In this document: positions 1-12,200 of the stretch, piece after piece
Layout of the letters: the number at the start of each line of letters is the position of its first letter
How positions within the stretch are numbered: the first letter of the stretch is position 1
DNA from: Tubulanus polymorphus
Lineage: Eukaryota; Animalia; Nemertea
Direction of reading: 5' to 3'
Assembly (NCBI RefSeq): GCF_964204645.1
Contig: NC_134027.1
Span: 12,370,485 to 12,434,484 of the forward strand
Length of the DNA: 64,000 nt
Notes under the pieces: model-generated
Database searches by the model: none
What the model saw: only the letters and a program-made list of their open reading frames with translations
What the model was told of the DNA's origin: nothing
Position numbers and translations under genes: made by a program

Positions 1-163
1 ATCAAAAGTAAAGTTTATTTCAATGAATCCCAGAAAAACGTTTCACTCGGTACCATTGAAGTCGGGTCGGTCGGGTTACGGCAAACAGACCATTATTTTG
101 GGATGGGCTTATGATGAAAATTCTGTAAGTTTAAATTTGCTATACATTGTTTATGAATTCCAG

Positions 164-234
164 AGATGAAACTTAGTCTTGACACCGAACATGAAGAAAA
201 TAAAATTCTCAAAGATCAGATAGCAAATTCACAG
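164..234 (+). CDS. GRIPAP1: GRIPAP1 exon ([24 protein letters not shown])
   Basis: ttccag acceptor, CAG|gtaaaa donor, ends in phase 0, matching the next exon. Confidence 0.75.
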
Positions 235-3200
235 GTAAAATCACTTACTTTCATTTAAGATTTGTCGTAAGCCCTCTTAAAGCAAGGCTGAGACCCTAAA
301 AGACTATCGTGTTGACTTTTCATTCATCCATTTGTCTGTAGATGAGAGTCAAGTTATTTTGGGAAGTTTAAGAATGCTTTGATGGATTGTCCTGACTTCA
401 GATTATATGTATAGGCCTATGTATCTACCCTAGACACATCAGCAGCTGAATTGGCCCATTCAAAATCAAGATGGCTGACTGATGGCCATTGCTGTTCGCC
501 ATGTTTTCAAGGGAAATTTTAAAAGCACATTTATCAATTATCATTGATATTACTTATTATCATTAAGAAAAATAATGAAATTTGAGATTGAAAGCAAATT
601 TGTAATTTGAAAATGAGATGGTCATTTTGTGGCCTCTTTGGATCAAGATAGGTATGAATTCGTAGGCTTATGTATGTGTCTTCTTCAAAATGCGCCATAT
701 AATAGTGAAATTTCGGATGGGGAAAGATCTTTATCATATCAGACAGGTTTTCTGAGCAGTTGCTTCTTTTGCAATTGGCTGCTACTCAATTAGCATGTTA
801 GTTTCATTAATTTTCATTGATTGATGGTTCAGGGGAAAATACCAACAAGTATTAAGTATTTACTATACTAATGATATTCATTAATTGTTCATCATACTGG
901 GGTTACCCTATGTATTGTTCTCGCTGTTAAATACGTTTATCTTTTTGGTATCTGTGCATATTTAGGACCCTGTGCCTCCAGCTATCCCATGGAATGCTCA
1001 TGGATAGCGCACAGCGATAGAACAATTCAAACAAACTTTTGTTTTCAATTAGTTTTCATCTGGATTTTCAGCCTCCCAAATGAGGAATCTGGCAAATCAC
1101 GTCTCTTGAAAAAACTTGTCTTAGATTGTTCTTTAGGGTTCATGTTATAGCAAGATCTTAATTATTCATCATTCATTGAATTTGAGAAATAATGAGTGAT
1201 CTCGATGGAATTTGAGAAGTATCCGGCATAATTGTCTGAATGCACATTGTTGCTACATGGTCGATCCTGGCCTGCAACAGGGCTGAATCGCTTGATTGCC
1301 ACAGTCGACTGTGAAGTCCTCACTATTACACAATTATAGATCCTGGCTGACATGTTCTATGATGTTTTGATGTGATTGGTTTCTGTTTATGTTCAACAGG
1401 GGGTGTTGAACGTTGTCATAATATAATTCATGTAGGCCTACTTCCATTAAGTTTTTTTATCCACAGTCAATTGCAATGTTGCTGTGTTATGTTCTATGAT
1501 TGTGTGGAGTTTCAACATCATTTGCAGCCAGGGGCCAGTTGCACAGTCGTGACTTGAGTCCAAAAGTGGTCTTAAGGCTGGCTTATGTCGACAAGCAACG
1601 CGACGCCTACCGATGCAACTGGGTTTATCGCCGATTAGCGGCCTACAAGAGGCCGCCAGTTGTTGCTCTATCGGTTCGACATAAGCCGGCAAACCGACGC
1701 CTACCGACTCGTCGCAAGCCGTATCTGGCTAGTTGCCGATGTTCTACTCCGGCCTACGGTAGGCGGACAGTTGCTTTCAATCGCAACCGACATAAGCTCA
1801 TCTACGACGCGATGGAACTGAGCGCAGGAGTTACAGCCAATAAGAGACCGCATATACATAGTACAAATTATGACCGCTAGTTAGCATCATTGATAATTAG
1901 TTATAAACTTTCAAATTCAAGTAGTTCAAAACGTAAACCAAACCTTCAGCATGTCAGATGACTGGACCGAAGATCTAGAAACGAAATTAGTAGAATTATG
2001 GTGAGAGTGGCCATCTTTATATGATGTCACTAGCACATTGTATTCAAAACAGAATCAGAAAGATAAATAGCTTTAGTAAAAGAAATAAATTTCCCAATAA
2101 TTCAAAAAATTCAAATGTATTCTCAAAATGCTTATCACGTGACCATCTGAGCCAGTGCAGTTGCTAGTAATCGCAACCGACATAAGCAGGGAAGCAACTG
2201 GGAGGATCTTGTATCCCACTAGTCGGCCTCAGTTGCTGGAAATCGGAGCGCAGTCGACATAAGCTGGGCTGCGATCACAGTTGCTCTGGGTTGTGTCGGT
2301 AGGAGTCGGTAGGCGTCGTGTTGCTTGTCGACATGAGCCAGCCTTTAAATCTTTAGACTGGTCTTAAGTTTTTAGATTGGCTATAGAAATAAGTTGGTCT
2401 TAGACTTGTCTTAAGTCTAAGCCATGACTATGCAACCAGCTTTGTGGCATTGAATACTGAAATCATCAGATTGTCAAGCATTTCAGTATCTCTTCCCAAA
2501 TCAGCATGGTGTCCCTGGAGCCCTGGTTTTTAGATTCAGCGCAGCTGAATCTATTAGTATTAAACAAGTTTTGAATTCTTGTTGACCGCTATCTCCTACG
2601 AGTGAAATGACTCACAGGCTAAGGTCTGCATTAAGTTGGCTGTTATATTGGCAGCTAAGTGGCGACCGCTTTTGAAGTAGGCTTTTTATATATTACTGAT
2701 ACAACATATAAAATTCTTCAATGAAAACTACAAAAGAAGAAATAAAATTGATGGGGATTTTTCATTTTTCTTGTACTGCGCTGAAAATTGCATGTGGATG
2801 CGCGGCGCAGTTTGCAGTGTTTACTGCGGAGCTGTGATGATAGTGCCCTCGTATTTCCGTCGAGTACTGTACCCTTTCCTATGGTTTTTGCCAATATTTT
2901 CTAAATTTGGATTGATCGCCAATGGTTTTTCTATACGACCTGGTATTGCATTTAGCCACCGGCGAAATCCGCCATCTTTTTTCTTGGCGTTCTAGCAGTA
3001 GAACGCGTTGGATTTTCTTGCCATAAAAATCTGGGAATTAGGATATTAGGGAGTTTTCACTCTCATAACGGTCCGTTCGGTTTGGGGGTTATCCCTGGTT
3101 TCTATTTTTCCGTAAGAATTTTATTTACAAATATAATTTGATTGAATTGAATTGAATTAATTATTGTGACAGAATAATTATGCCTCCCCCTCCTAAGGGT

Positions 3201-6200
3201 CAACATCGTGGCGGGGAGGGATGCGGGCATTTGTTTGGCGCCTGGGACGATCACGATTCGTGTGCGTCGTGCAGGCGCAAATCCGCTCAAATATGTGCAA
3301 GTAGCAATCCTTGCAAGATTTGCGAGGTGTGGACCGAGGACCATTGGCTTCGGGCCGATAAGGCTCTTAAACTAAGAGATCGTCGTCGAGTTAATAGCAG
3401 GGATTCGTCGGTTTCGGCCGATGTGCCAACCGACGTCTCTATTTCTATTTCTAATTGTATAGCGGAGCGGTCGTCGGTCGTTTTGGTACGATCGGCTTCC
3501 CAACTCCGTTCACCGGGGAGGAACGCTGGTTCACCGGCACCGGTCTCCGGTCATTCACCGGTCTCTGGTCGTTCACCGGTTCAGCCGGTTCGGCCAGTTC
3601 AGACTACATGTTCTGAACCGAGCGCGCGCCGCGGTAGTCGGGAACGGCCCGCACTGGTTCGGTCGGTACCGGTCCGGGTTGGGCATCGGTCCGGTTCGGG
3701 CACCAGTCCGGACCAGACGTCATCCGGTTCAAAACATCCGGTTCGTTCATCGTCTGATGAGCTCGCTCTCCCACCAGATCTAGACGCCGTGAGCGTAATA
3801 AACGAGCAAGATCTTCTCGCAGATCAAGGTCGTTATTGTAGGAAGTTTCACCGTCGGTCTTCTCATCGTTCGTCGACGTCGGTTAGCGATGAAGGCGATT
3901 CTTCTAGTAGGTCTCGATCCCATTCGAGGGACCGTCACCGAAGTCGGCATGATCGTCGGGATACTGGAAAATTCCTGACTCAGAAGGATTTCCATGTATT
4001 TGAAGAGAAAATTTTAAACTTGTTATCATCGTCGCAACAAGTCGCTGCAACCTCTACAACAGGTAAGCCTATTCCTGATTGTCCGGTTAGAAGTTCGCCA
4101 GCCCACTCAGTTCTTCGGAATTCTGACTCTGAATTCCTGGATGCTGCGGTAGGGTCTGATTTCAATGAGGATCCAGTCCCAGAGGCGGCAATTCCTTCTG
4201 GGGTCGTTCCTGTCGCGAGCAATTGTGGGTTGCCCCAGACGATGGGGGCTTCCCTGACTCGCAATGTATCTCCGTCCCGTTCAGTTTTATCCGAACCAGC
4301 GGGGGACATGCCATTTAGAGCGATGATAAGTGAGTTCTTTGTCAAGCACGGGGCAACTCGCGCTAAGCCCACAGCAGCTCCTCTGGTCGGTGAGTCAATG
4401 GAAGCTTATCGCCCTCCGGACTCCGATCTTAACGTTTTACGGGAATCGTCGGCGGTTTCAAGAGAATGGGCTCGATTGGATACGCAATTATGGGGTGAAT
4501 GTCGGCTTGGAACATTTTCATTTTCCCCCTCCAGAACAGGGTATGAAATCTGGGAAATATTTTAGTTCAACCGATCCACCTATAGGCGCATTTCGCTCGG
4601 CGTATTACGCAACTCCAGGTGCTGTGGATCACAGTCATAACTGCCTGGATGCTGATTATACTTTGATCAGCCCGGATACTGTTACAGCACAGTCGGGTAT
4701 TCGTTTGCCTAAGTCCGGTTTGGTGGCCATGACATCAATCCTGGACAATCTTACCAGGGTTGGTTCGTTTCAGGATATGGCACTTAAGGTGTTGACGGGT
4801 GAGCTTCGCGAGACTCACGCCGCCGTTCATGCGGGCTCCGACCCAGAGTCAGTTGCCCTAAAACTGGAGGGAATGGACCGGATGATCCAATCTTTGGCTC
4901 GGTCTGTTTCGCATGTAATTCCGTTGTCGGTTCGGGGTCAGGCTAATCTTGTGTTAGCCTCCCGTCAGTCAGTGATGGACTCCAGTTCCAAAACTCGTCT
5001 ACCGGATATGGTGTCCAATGCTTTGCTGAGAGCTCCATTGGGGACGTCTGGTCAAGTCAGTTCAGAAGGTACTTCAGTCAAGGGGTGTTCGACTGTTCGT
5101 TTACCTCGACGACTGGTTAATAGTCGCGAATTCGGCTCAGGAATGTCGGGAGGCAATGACCTCATTCTTGGACTACAAAAGAAGAAATAAAATTGATTTT
5201 TCATTTTTCTTGTACTGCGCTGAAAATTGCATGTCGATGCGCGGTTTGCAGTGTTTACTGCGGAGCTGTGATGATAGTGCCCTCGTTTTAGTAATACATA
5301 AAGCTCACCAAAATCAACGATGCCGTTAATCTTAGATAAAGGACATTCTCTTGATAAAAAAAAAGATTTGTTTGAAAATATTTGAACTAAAATTAATTAT
5401 GCATACGCCCGGGATTATCTTGACGAAAGAAATGTTTGTATCGATATGCAGATGTATTTTAAACAATTCTAATTCGCATTAAAAACACCATAAAGGTCGA
5501 CCAATATTGTGTAGTATATACTAGAATTTGAACGCTTCATCTGAACGCTTCAGAATTTGAACGTCTTGTTGACCTCTGCGTCTCTTGTGCTGCGACTTGA
5601 TGCTAAGGTTTATGATGAGACGAGTACATAGCAGGGTGGCCGCGATCCGCATGCTCTCTCATACGGCGTGGTTTAAACGGCATTGCCGATAGAATGATAC
5701 TATGAGGGAATGTGGACTGTCGCTTTTGTCCGGCGAATAAATATCGCTCACACGTACATATTGTTCATGTTGAACTCATCTATTGTAGTTTGAGAATAGA
5801 TAGAGAATTCATTGGAATTTCGAACTTGTTACTAACCCAACCACACAGATAAAATCTTTTTAGTTGTAAAATGTTTTATCGGTTCATTTCTAAAACTGCC
5901 GTGTCTGTTATAGTAAAATATCATTGATCATGGTTTAAAAAAATAATGTCCAGGGTAGATAGGTGGCCGGCCGTGTCAACTTTTAAGCTCAGCAATGAAT
6001 GGAGAGACAAGGTATCAATTTTTTAGCCTTAGGTCTTGGCTTTGAATCCTGAAAATCCTGACAGAGTTTTTTGTATGGAACTTAGATTACTTTCTCATCT
6101 CCCGATACAGCTAGATTTGATTTCATCTTCAGCAACAAATATATGAATATGACATCTGAGATGCTTTTGATATAACGAAACCTTATAATTCATTAGGAGG

Positions 6201-9200
6201 CTTATTATTTATTATGATTATATGTATTTCATATCAAAATATACTAGGCCCACTTAAAATGTGTTACGTATTTACCTTCTCTTCTTTGTATAAACAACTG
6301 TTTGTCATTTAAAATCTAATTACCTTATACTTTTATAACATGCATTTCCTTTTATGTCAAGTATAAGCTGATAGAGCACCTTACTAAACCAATGTATCTA
6401 GTCTAGTATGATTATATGATTAACTCCTTCAATTCACTAACTTCTGCGCTGAATCTAACAGACCTTGTTTCATTTGGAATGCAATATTGGCGATACAAAA
6501 AATTATTATTTTTTCAGAAATGTTTGCATGAACAGCTTGCATTGCGCAGTGAAGAAGTTGAAAAACTCGCAGAAAAACTAAAGAAAAAGCAAGAAAAGTA
6601 AAAATAGATTTGAATTGTGATGTATTTAGCCATGTTTTCAATTCCAAGAAATTCATTTACACGTAGGATACAACCTATAAGTTCAGACTTGATTTTAACT
6701 ACAGCATTGCAATAAGAAAATAAGAGATACAGATGCAGATATAATTGCAGTATCATTCTACTGAAGAATGCTTGATGGTATTTACCATTTCCAATGCTCG
6801 GAGCTGCGTTTTTCAATTTAGTGTTAAGTTAAATTTCATTATCCCGGTGATTGTTATATCAGGGATAAATCCTTGTTTTCAAATGCATTTTATCTTGGTC
6901 TTGATAATAATAATAATTGACATTTATATAGCGCAGGTATCCAAACTAGAGTCTGTTCAAATGCGCTCCAAACTAGGTAGTATTACCCCCAGCCTATAAC
7001 TCTATTCCATGTATCAGTCATCTCTCCCTGGGTAGAGGTAACATCCGAGCAGCTGCTAGGCGCTCAGGAGTCATCTATCAGACCAGGTACCCATTTACTC
7101 CTGGGTGGAGAGAGGCAATAAGGATAAGTGTCTTGCCCGAGGACACTATGGCAATGTACGGTGTTCGAACCCGCGACCTGGCTTCCCAGAGCCGAATGCT
7201 CTAACCACTCGGCCACACCGCACCACGTCTTAGGCATCAGGCTTAGTGAAGCTATTTTAATAATGTTCCTATTGCTACATTGAACGCGTGTTGAGATTTG
7301 TCATGGGGCTTTGTTGGAAGTCCACTTTCACTTTCTTTTTACTTGAAAGACATCTCAGGTCATTTGGGCTCTCTCATGGCACTGAGTCCAGTTGATATCA
7401 TGCTGTAATTCTGGAGTTTCCTGGATAGAACCAGTGGTCCCAGACCATGTTGACCGTGCGGTCTATTAGACTGAACTTTATTGTCCAGGTTGATAATGAT
7501 GAACTGTGATGTATCCCAATTTTATCGCTGGGATAGAGCCAAACACTGCTTTGAAAAACGTAGGCCAGATGTTTTTGTCATAACTAGGTCACATTTATTT
7601 GAAATTAGATTGACTTTGTGGCATGAATGTGCTTTTCAAGCCCATTAATCCCTTAGTAATAAAGCGGTGTACTGTGTATTTAGATTAATATTTGAATCTT
7701 AGAATTTACATTTTTATTTTTTACCAGCTTTAAAAAGTTGCAAGATGAAAAGGAGAAGATGTATTGCGAGTTCACGTATGTACTTAAGATGCAATTTAAA
7801 AAATTTTTCCACCCTTACTAATTACTAATTTGCCCGGTTGTACTGTGATGATACTCAAATCACGTTCATTTACTTTAAACCGGACATATATTTTGATTAC
7901 TTAATAAGTTATTATGTTCATCTACCAGAGATTGGACCTGAAATAAAGTTTAATTAAATTTGCATGATAAATGTATCTTTTGAGGTTTGTGGATATACCT
8001 ATGTCCACTGATGCCATTGGAATAAGCAAAATGAGCACCGAAATCATGATCACACAAGCATTTTAAACCGGTATTAGATTTTGCCCATGCCAAGACTTCA
8101 GGCAGGTGCAAAATTCTTGGTTGATGGAGGCCCAATTTGGGTAGACCAAAAATGTCAAACCACGCCTGTGCCAAAATCTTAGCACAGGTCGTATTGCATC
8201 GTGTGAATGCTAACTGGTTCTGGAAGTGACTTACCTCACTTGCCACTGCATCATTTTGATAGCATTTTAGTAAAAACTAGTGAGGGACTTTCGTGTGAAC
8301 ATGCTCTCTGATTAGACTCAGACCAAAACTCGCCATGTGATAGAAGTTCAAGTTTCTTTGCAGAAAATCATATATAGATTGATATATATTCTAATCATAT
8401 AGGCAAAAGTTGGATGAGTCGCAGAAAGCCAAAGATGAGGAAATAGCAGTTTTGATAGAGCAGAATACGAGAATGCAGGATGAAATTCACAAAGCCAATA
8501 AGGTATGTTTTTGATTAGCAGTTCAGTTGATCCAGTTTTAATTAGAGTTGTTAGCCTATGATTTATTGCAATAATGTGTGTGTTGTAGTTTTTTGAATGG
8601 CTGCATGTTGTTTGATGCAAGTGCAAATGCATGTAAAAGCATGATTTTATACATGCCTAAACTAGTTGTATGACTACTCATCCCCCAAATCCTGGACTGA
8701 TTACAATTACCTATAAAAGACTTATTAATTGAACAGAAATATGCTTCTTGATTTGACAATTTCAAAATTCAGTTGTTAATTTGAATATATTATGTACGTG
8801 TAAAAAATATCTGTGGCATTGCGTAATTATGACCTCCCCTCCCCAAAAAACCTAAAATAAGAAATTGAATTGAACATAATTGAATTGATATCAATGTTCC
8901 GATTAATAGAAACGAGCTGCTGGACGCTCATTTTAAGAACACTTTGATTTAAACTCACAACCAGAATTAAGTCCATCTACCAGCAATGTTTTTAATCGAT
9001 ATGCATAATTTATATTTGAAAAACACTGGAGCCTTATGTTACTCATTGGTTTCAATTCTTTTTGAGAAATCTGCGCGTAGTGAAATCACAGTATTGCGCA
9101 GTATTGCGCAGTTGTTGAACTGTCAATTATTTTGATTTTTCGTACTAATTCTTTGCACAATTTCTTTATCCATTTTTTAATCGAAATTGCTAACACATCC

Positions 9201-12200
9201 ATGATCGTTAATTAGTGCATGGATGATTATAAGGAGAAGGCAAGTAAACGTATCCACGAGTTAGAGGATGTAGTATCCAGTCTCAACAATCAGGTCTGTA
9301 TTGCTCACAGTGTGTCATCCATGCCCACTACTGCAGCTCACTGTCAACTAGATTTTATTTCCATACTTGGATACTAGAATTCAGAGATGCCATGGAGGGT
9401 CACAATCCCCTGAATAAAATCTGTGTATTACAGTTACAAATCTATCTGTGGGTTATCATAACCATGCCTGTAGCCAGGGGGATTTGAAGAATTCTCACAA
9501 GCCGCTGATGTGTGCATTTTCCAAAAATGATACAAAATTCACATGAGGGCAGATGTTAGAAAAAATCCTTGCAAAATGGTTGAAAATAACAATAGTGCTC
9601 GCTCTGCGGCCAAGTGTGGACTTTCTTGAAAATCCTGGCTATGGCCTTGCAATTACTAAATCTAATTCAAGGTCAATTTTCAGCCTTTAAATCTCTCCTT
9701 GACTCGATGTACTATTTGCACTAGAATGCATCAAACAGAATTCAGTGTAACGTCATATTTGAAATCTGGTATTCCAAGAATAGACTGAAATCTTGACGAC
9801 ATTTTTCTGGTCACTCAAATAGCTATAATTAAAATACTAATATTTTTTCCATATGAAGTCTAATACACCTACCATATTGTGAATCATTGGTTGAGAATTT
9901 CCCAGCAAATGCGCTATCGAAAATTCCTGTCAGTATATCTTTCAAAGAATACACCAAGAACAATGCCCAAATCATTTCAAGATTCATGAAATTTATTTCC
10001 ATGTAAAATTGTACAATGTAATATGATGTACGCAATTGAAGTATACATGAAAAGCATGTTTGTATCTCTGTTTTTAAGGCATCAAAATATAAATTTCTTG
10101 TAGCCTTGGTAAATAGAATATACTTTTTCAATCTTGAAAATACCAAGTCTCTTGATATAAAGTAACCAAACTCCTACCTGGTTCTTTGTCAATTGAACGA
10201 CATAGCTCATTTGTATTCATTATGAGGCTGAATCCTATGCATCAAAAATAAGATTTTTTACTTATAAGACGCTTTCGTGAAGAATAAGATATGATATCGG
10301 ATGAATAGATTTGTATTAGGTCAAACAGAAATCAGTTGTAGACTATTGTAGACTTCATTCATAGAACGTGCAACAAAATCAACATTCTATTTTCTTCAAA
10401 GTTCTAGAATTAAAGTTGATGTCTCTATTGGTGCCTCATTGATTGTAATTACTCTTAATAGGTTATCAGGATTTTACCCAAGGTAAAGTAGTAATACTAA
10501 CATATGAACTTCTCATCTTCCCTCAAAAAGGTGCACCGGTAAATTCTGACCACCATGCTGGAGATTATTTCTAGAACCGAGTGGGCTTCCGTCTTTTATT
10601 TGTCTCAAGATTGATTTTTCTACCAGAACAATTCACCGCCCATATTTTTTTATGAAGATTTCTATTTGAATATTCTCTCTTTACATAAAACATGGTATCT
10701 GATTTCATGGAGAAAAGACACATGATTCATCTGTTAAATTGTTCTTATTATCTCCTCCAGCAGTCAATGTGGTCAATGTGTTCCTTTCAATCAAACCCCA
10801 CTGAACATTCTTTCAAACACTCAAAAGGATTTAACAGGCGTGCCGCATGCTTCAAACGATTTGCTAATCATCAATATTTTTTGTGACAATTTTAATATTT
10901 TTTAACGCTCGTGCTTCAGAAAGTAGACCAGTTATTCGTGTGTAGTTTTGTAAAACTTATTGCGCGAACCCTGATTCAATATTTATTTGCTCAATTTTTT
11001 TCTCTTTTAAGTTTCATGATTATATGAGTTTTTACGGCTGTGGATTTGGAATGGATTACTTTTTATCAATGCTGTTTTGCTATCTTTCCATTATTTCTGA
11101 ATGTTTGTACATGTACCTTGGTTTTGCCTATGCATTCCCTTGGCTGTTTATCCAAGTACTCCCTAAATAGCAAATGAACTGATGCAAGTAAACAGAATAG
11201 ATTTTTTCTGCCGATTACTGTACCCTTTCCTATGGTTTTTGCCAATATTTTCTAAATTTGGATTGCATTTAGCAAATAGCAAAATCCGCCATCTTTTTTC
11301 TTGGTGTTCTTGCTTATGAACGCGTTGGATTTTTTCGCCATAGAACTCACTTGATGAGAAACAACTCCCTCCGAAAAACTCATTCATCAGTCAGTTATGG
11401 ACTCCAGTTCCAAAGCTCGTTTACCAGATATGGTGTCCAATTCTTTACTGAGAGTTCCATTGGGGATGTCTTCGCGTCTCGTCTCCGGTTGGTGCGCTCC
11501 TGTTTCCGCGGAGCTGAGGAAGATTCGGGAGGTCCAGACCAAGCCCACCGTCCGAACTCCGTGGAAAAAGCGTTCAGGTCCGGCGCCGGCGGCGCAAGGT
11601 TCGGCATGGACTAAAACAGGACCAACTCAAACTTCAGCGGTTTCTCAGGCGGCTTCAGATGCCGGTTGGAGAACTAGCGCACAGCTCCAACAATTGCGTC
11701 AAGCCTCGTCCGGTCATAACAGTTCCGGTTCGTATCGGGGCGAGGGGAAGGCTCCGAAAAGGGGCTCTTCCTTTCGGAAAAACTCGAAATAAATTCTCTG
11801 GACCTGTGGGAGGTTGTCTGCAGCAGGCAGCCACCCACTTGTCCGACTTTTCGGAGACAGTTGGCCCTCCCGGTCCATCTCATGTGGCTACTGTCTCCGT
11901 TTCCTAAAGCGACCACGCCTGACGAGGTCACCTCCCAACATGCAGACAAAACCAGGTCAGGAGGCCTTAATCTCTCCAGCTCTCGAGGAAATGGTCGAGA
12001 AGGGAGTGATAAAACCAGTTTGCAACGAAACTTCTCCCAGCTGGTTTTTTCAAATATTCATGGTACCAAAGGCCACAGGGGGTCATCTGTCATCCCTCAA
12101 TAAGCACCTAGACATTCCAAGGTTCCGGATGACCAAACCCAAGGACGTGATTCAAGGGCTCCGTCCGGGTCAGTGGGCAGCTTCATTGGACCTGAAAGAT

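Larger units (their letters stand above)
269..2527 (+). mobile_element. Old HINE family-1 copy, disrupted by nested MITEs
   Basis: Similar to 19899-21305 (gtatctaccctagacacatc, tcaagatggc, 155-bp repeat fragments) and has the 3' end gcatggtgtccctggagccctggtt; boundaries approximate. Confidence 0.65.
2530..5560 (+). mobile_element. Interspersed repeat (HINE-like 5' hairpin) that hosts DIRS copy 1
   Basis: Begins with hairpin agattcagcgcagctgaatct; 5270-5530 is homologous to 28408-28665; boundaries approximate. Confidence 0.5.

Noticed and set aside
1447-1880. ORFs 1500-1880 and 1447-1692 as genes
   Set aside because: They lie in GC-rich subterminal repeats of the Harbinger derivative.
4330-4565. 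Programmed ribosomal frameshift between the two gag ORFs
   Set aside because: No slippery heptamer seen; a single lost G near 4493 explains it, and the element is otherwise decayed.
2727-5286. LTR retrotransposon (direct repeats as LTRs)
   Set aside because: The repeats lack TG..CA ends and belong to the host repeat family; the interior is DIRS with an ITR.
9700-10900. Ancient LINE relics here and at about 7230-7600, 33770-34230, 57790-58230 and 59600-60400
   Set aside because: Only scattered endonuclease- or RT-like words; too degraded to call without a profile search.
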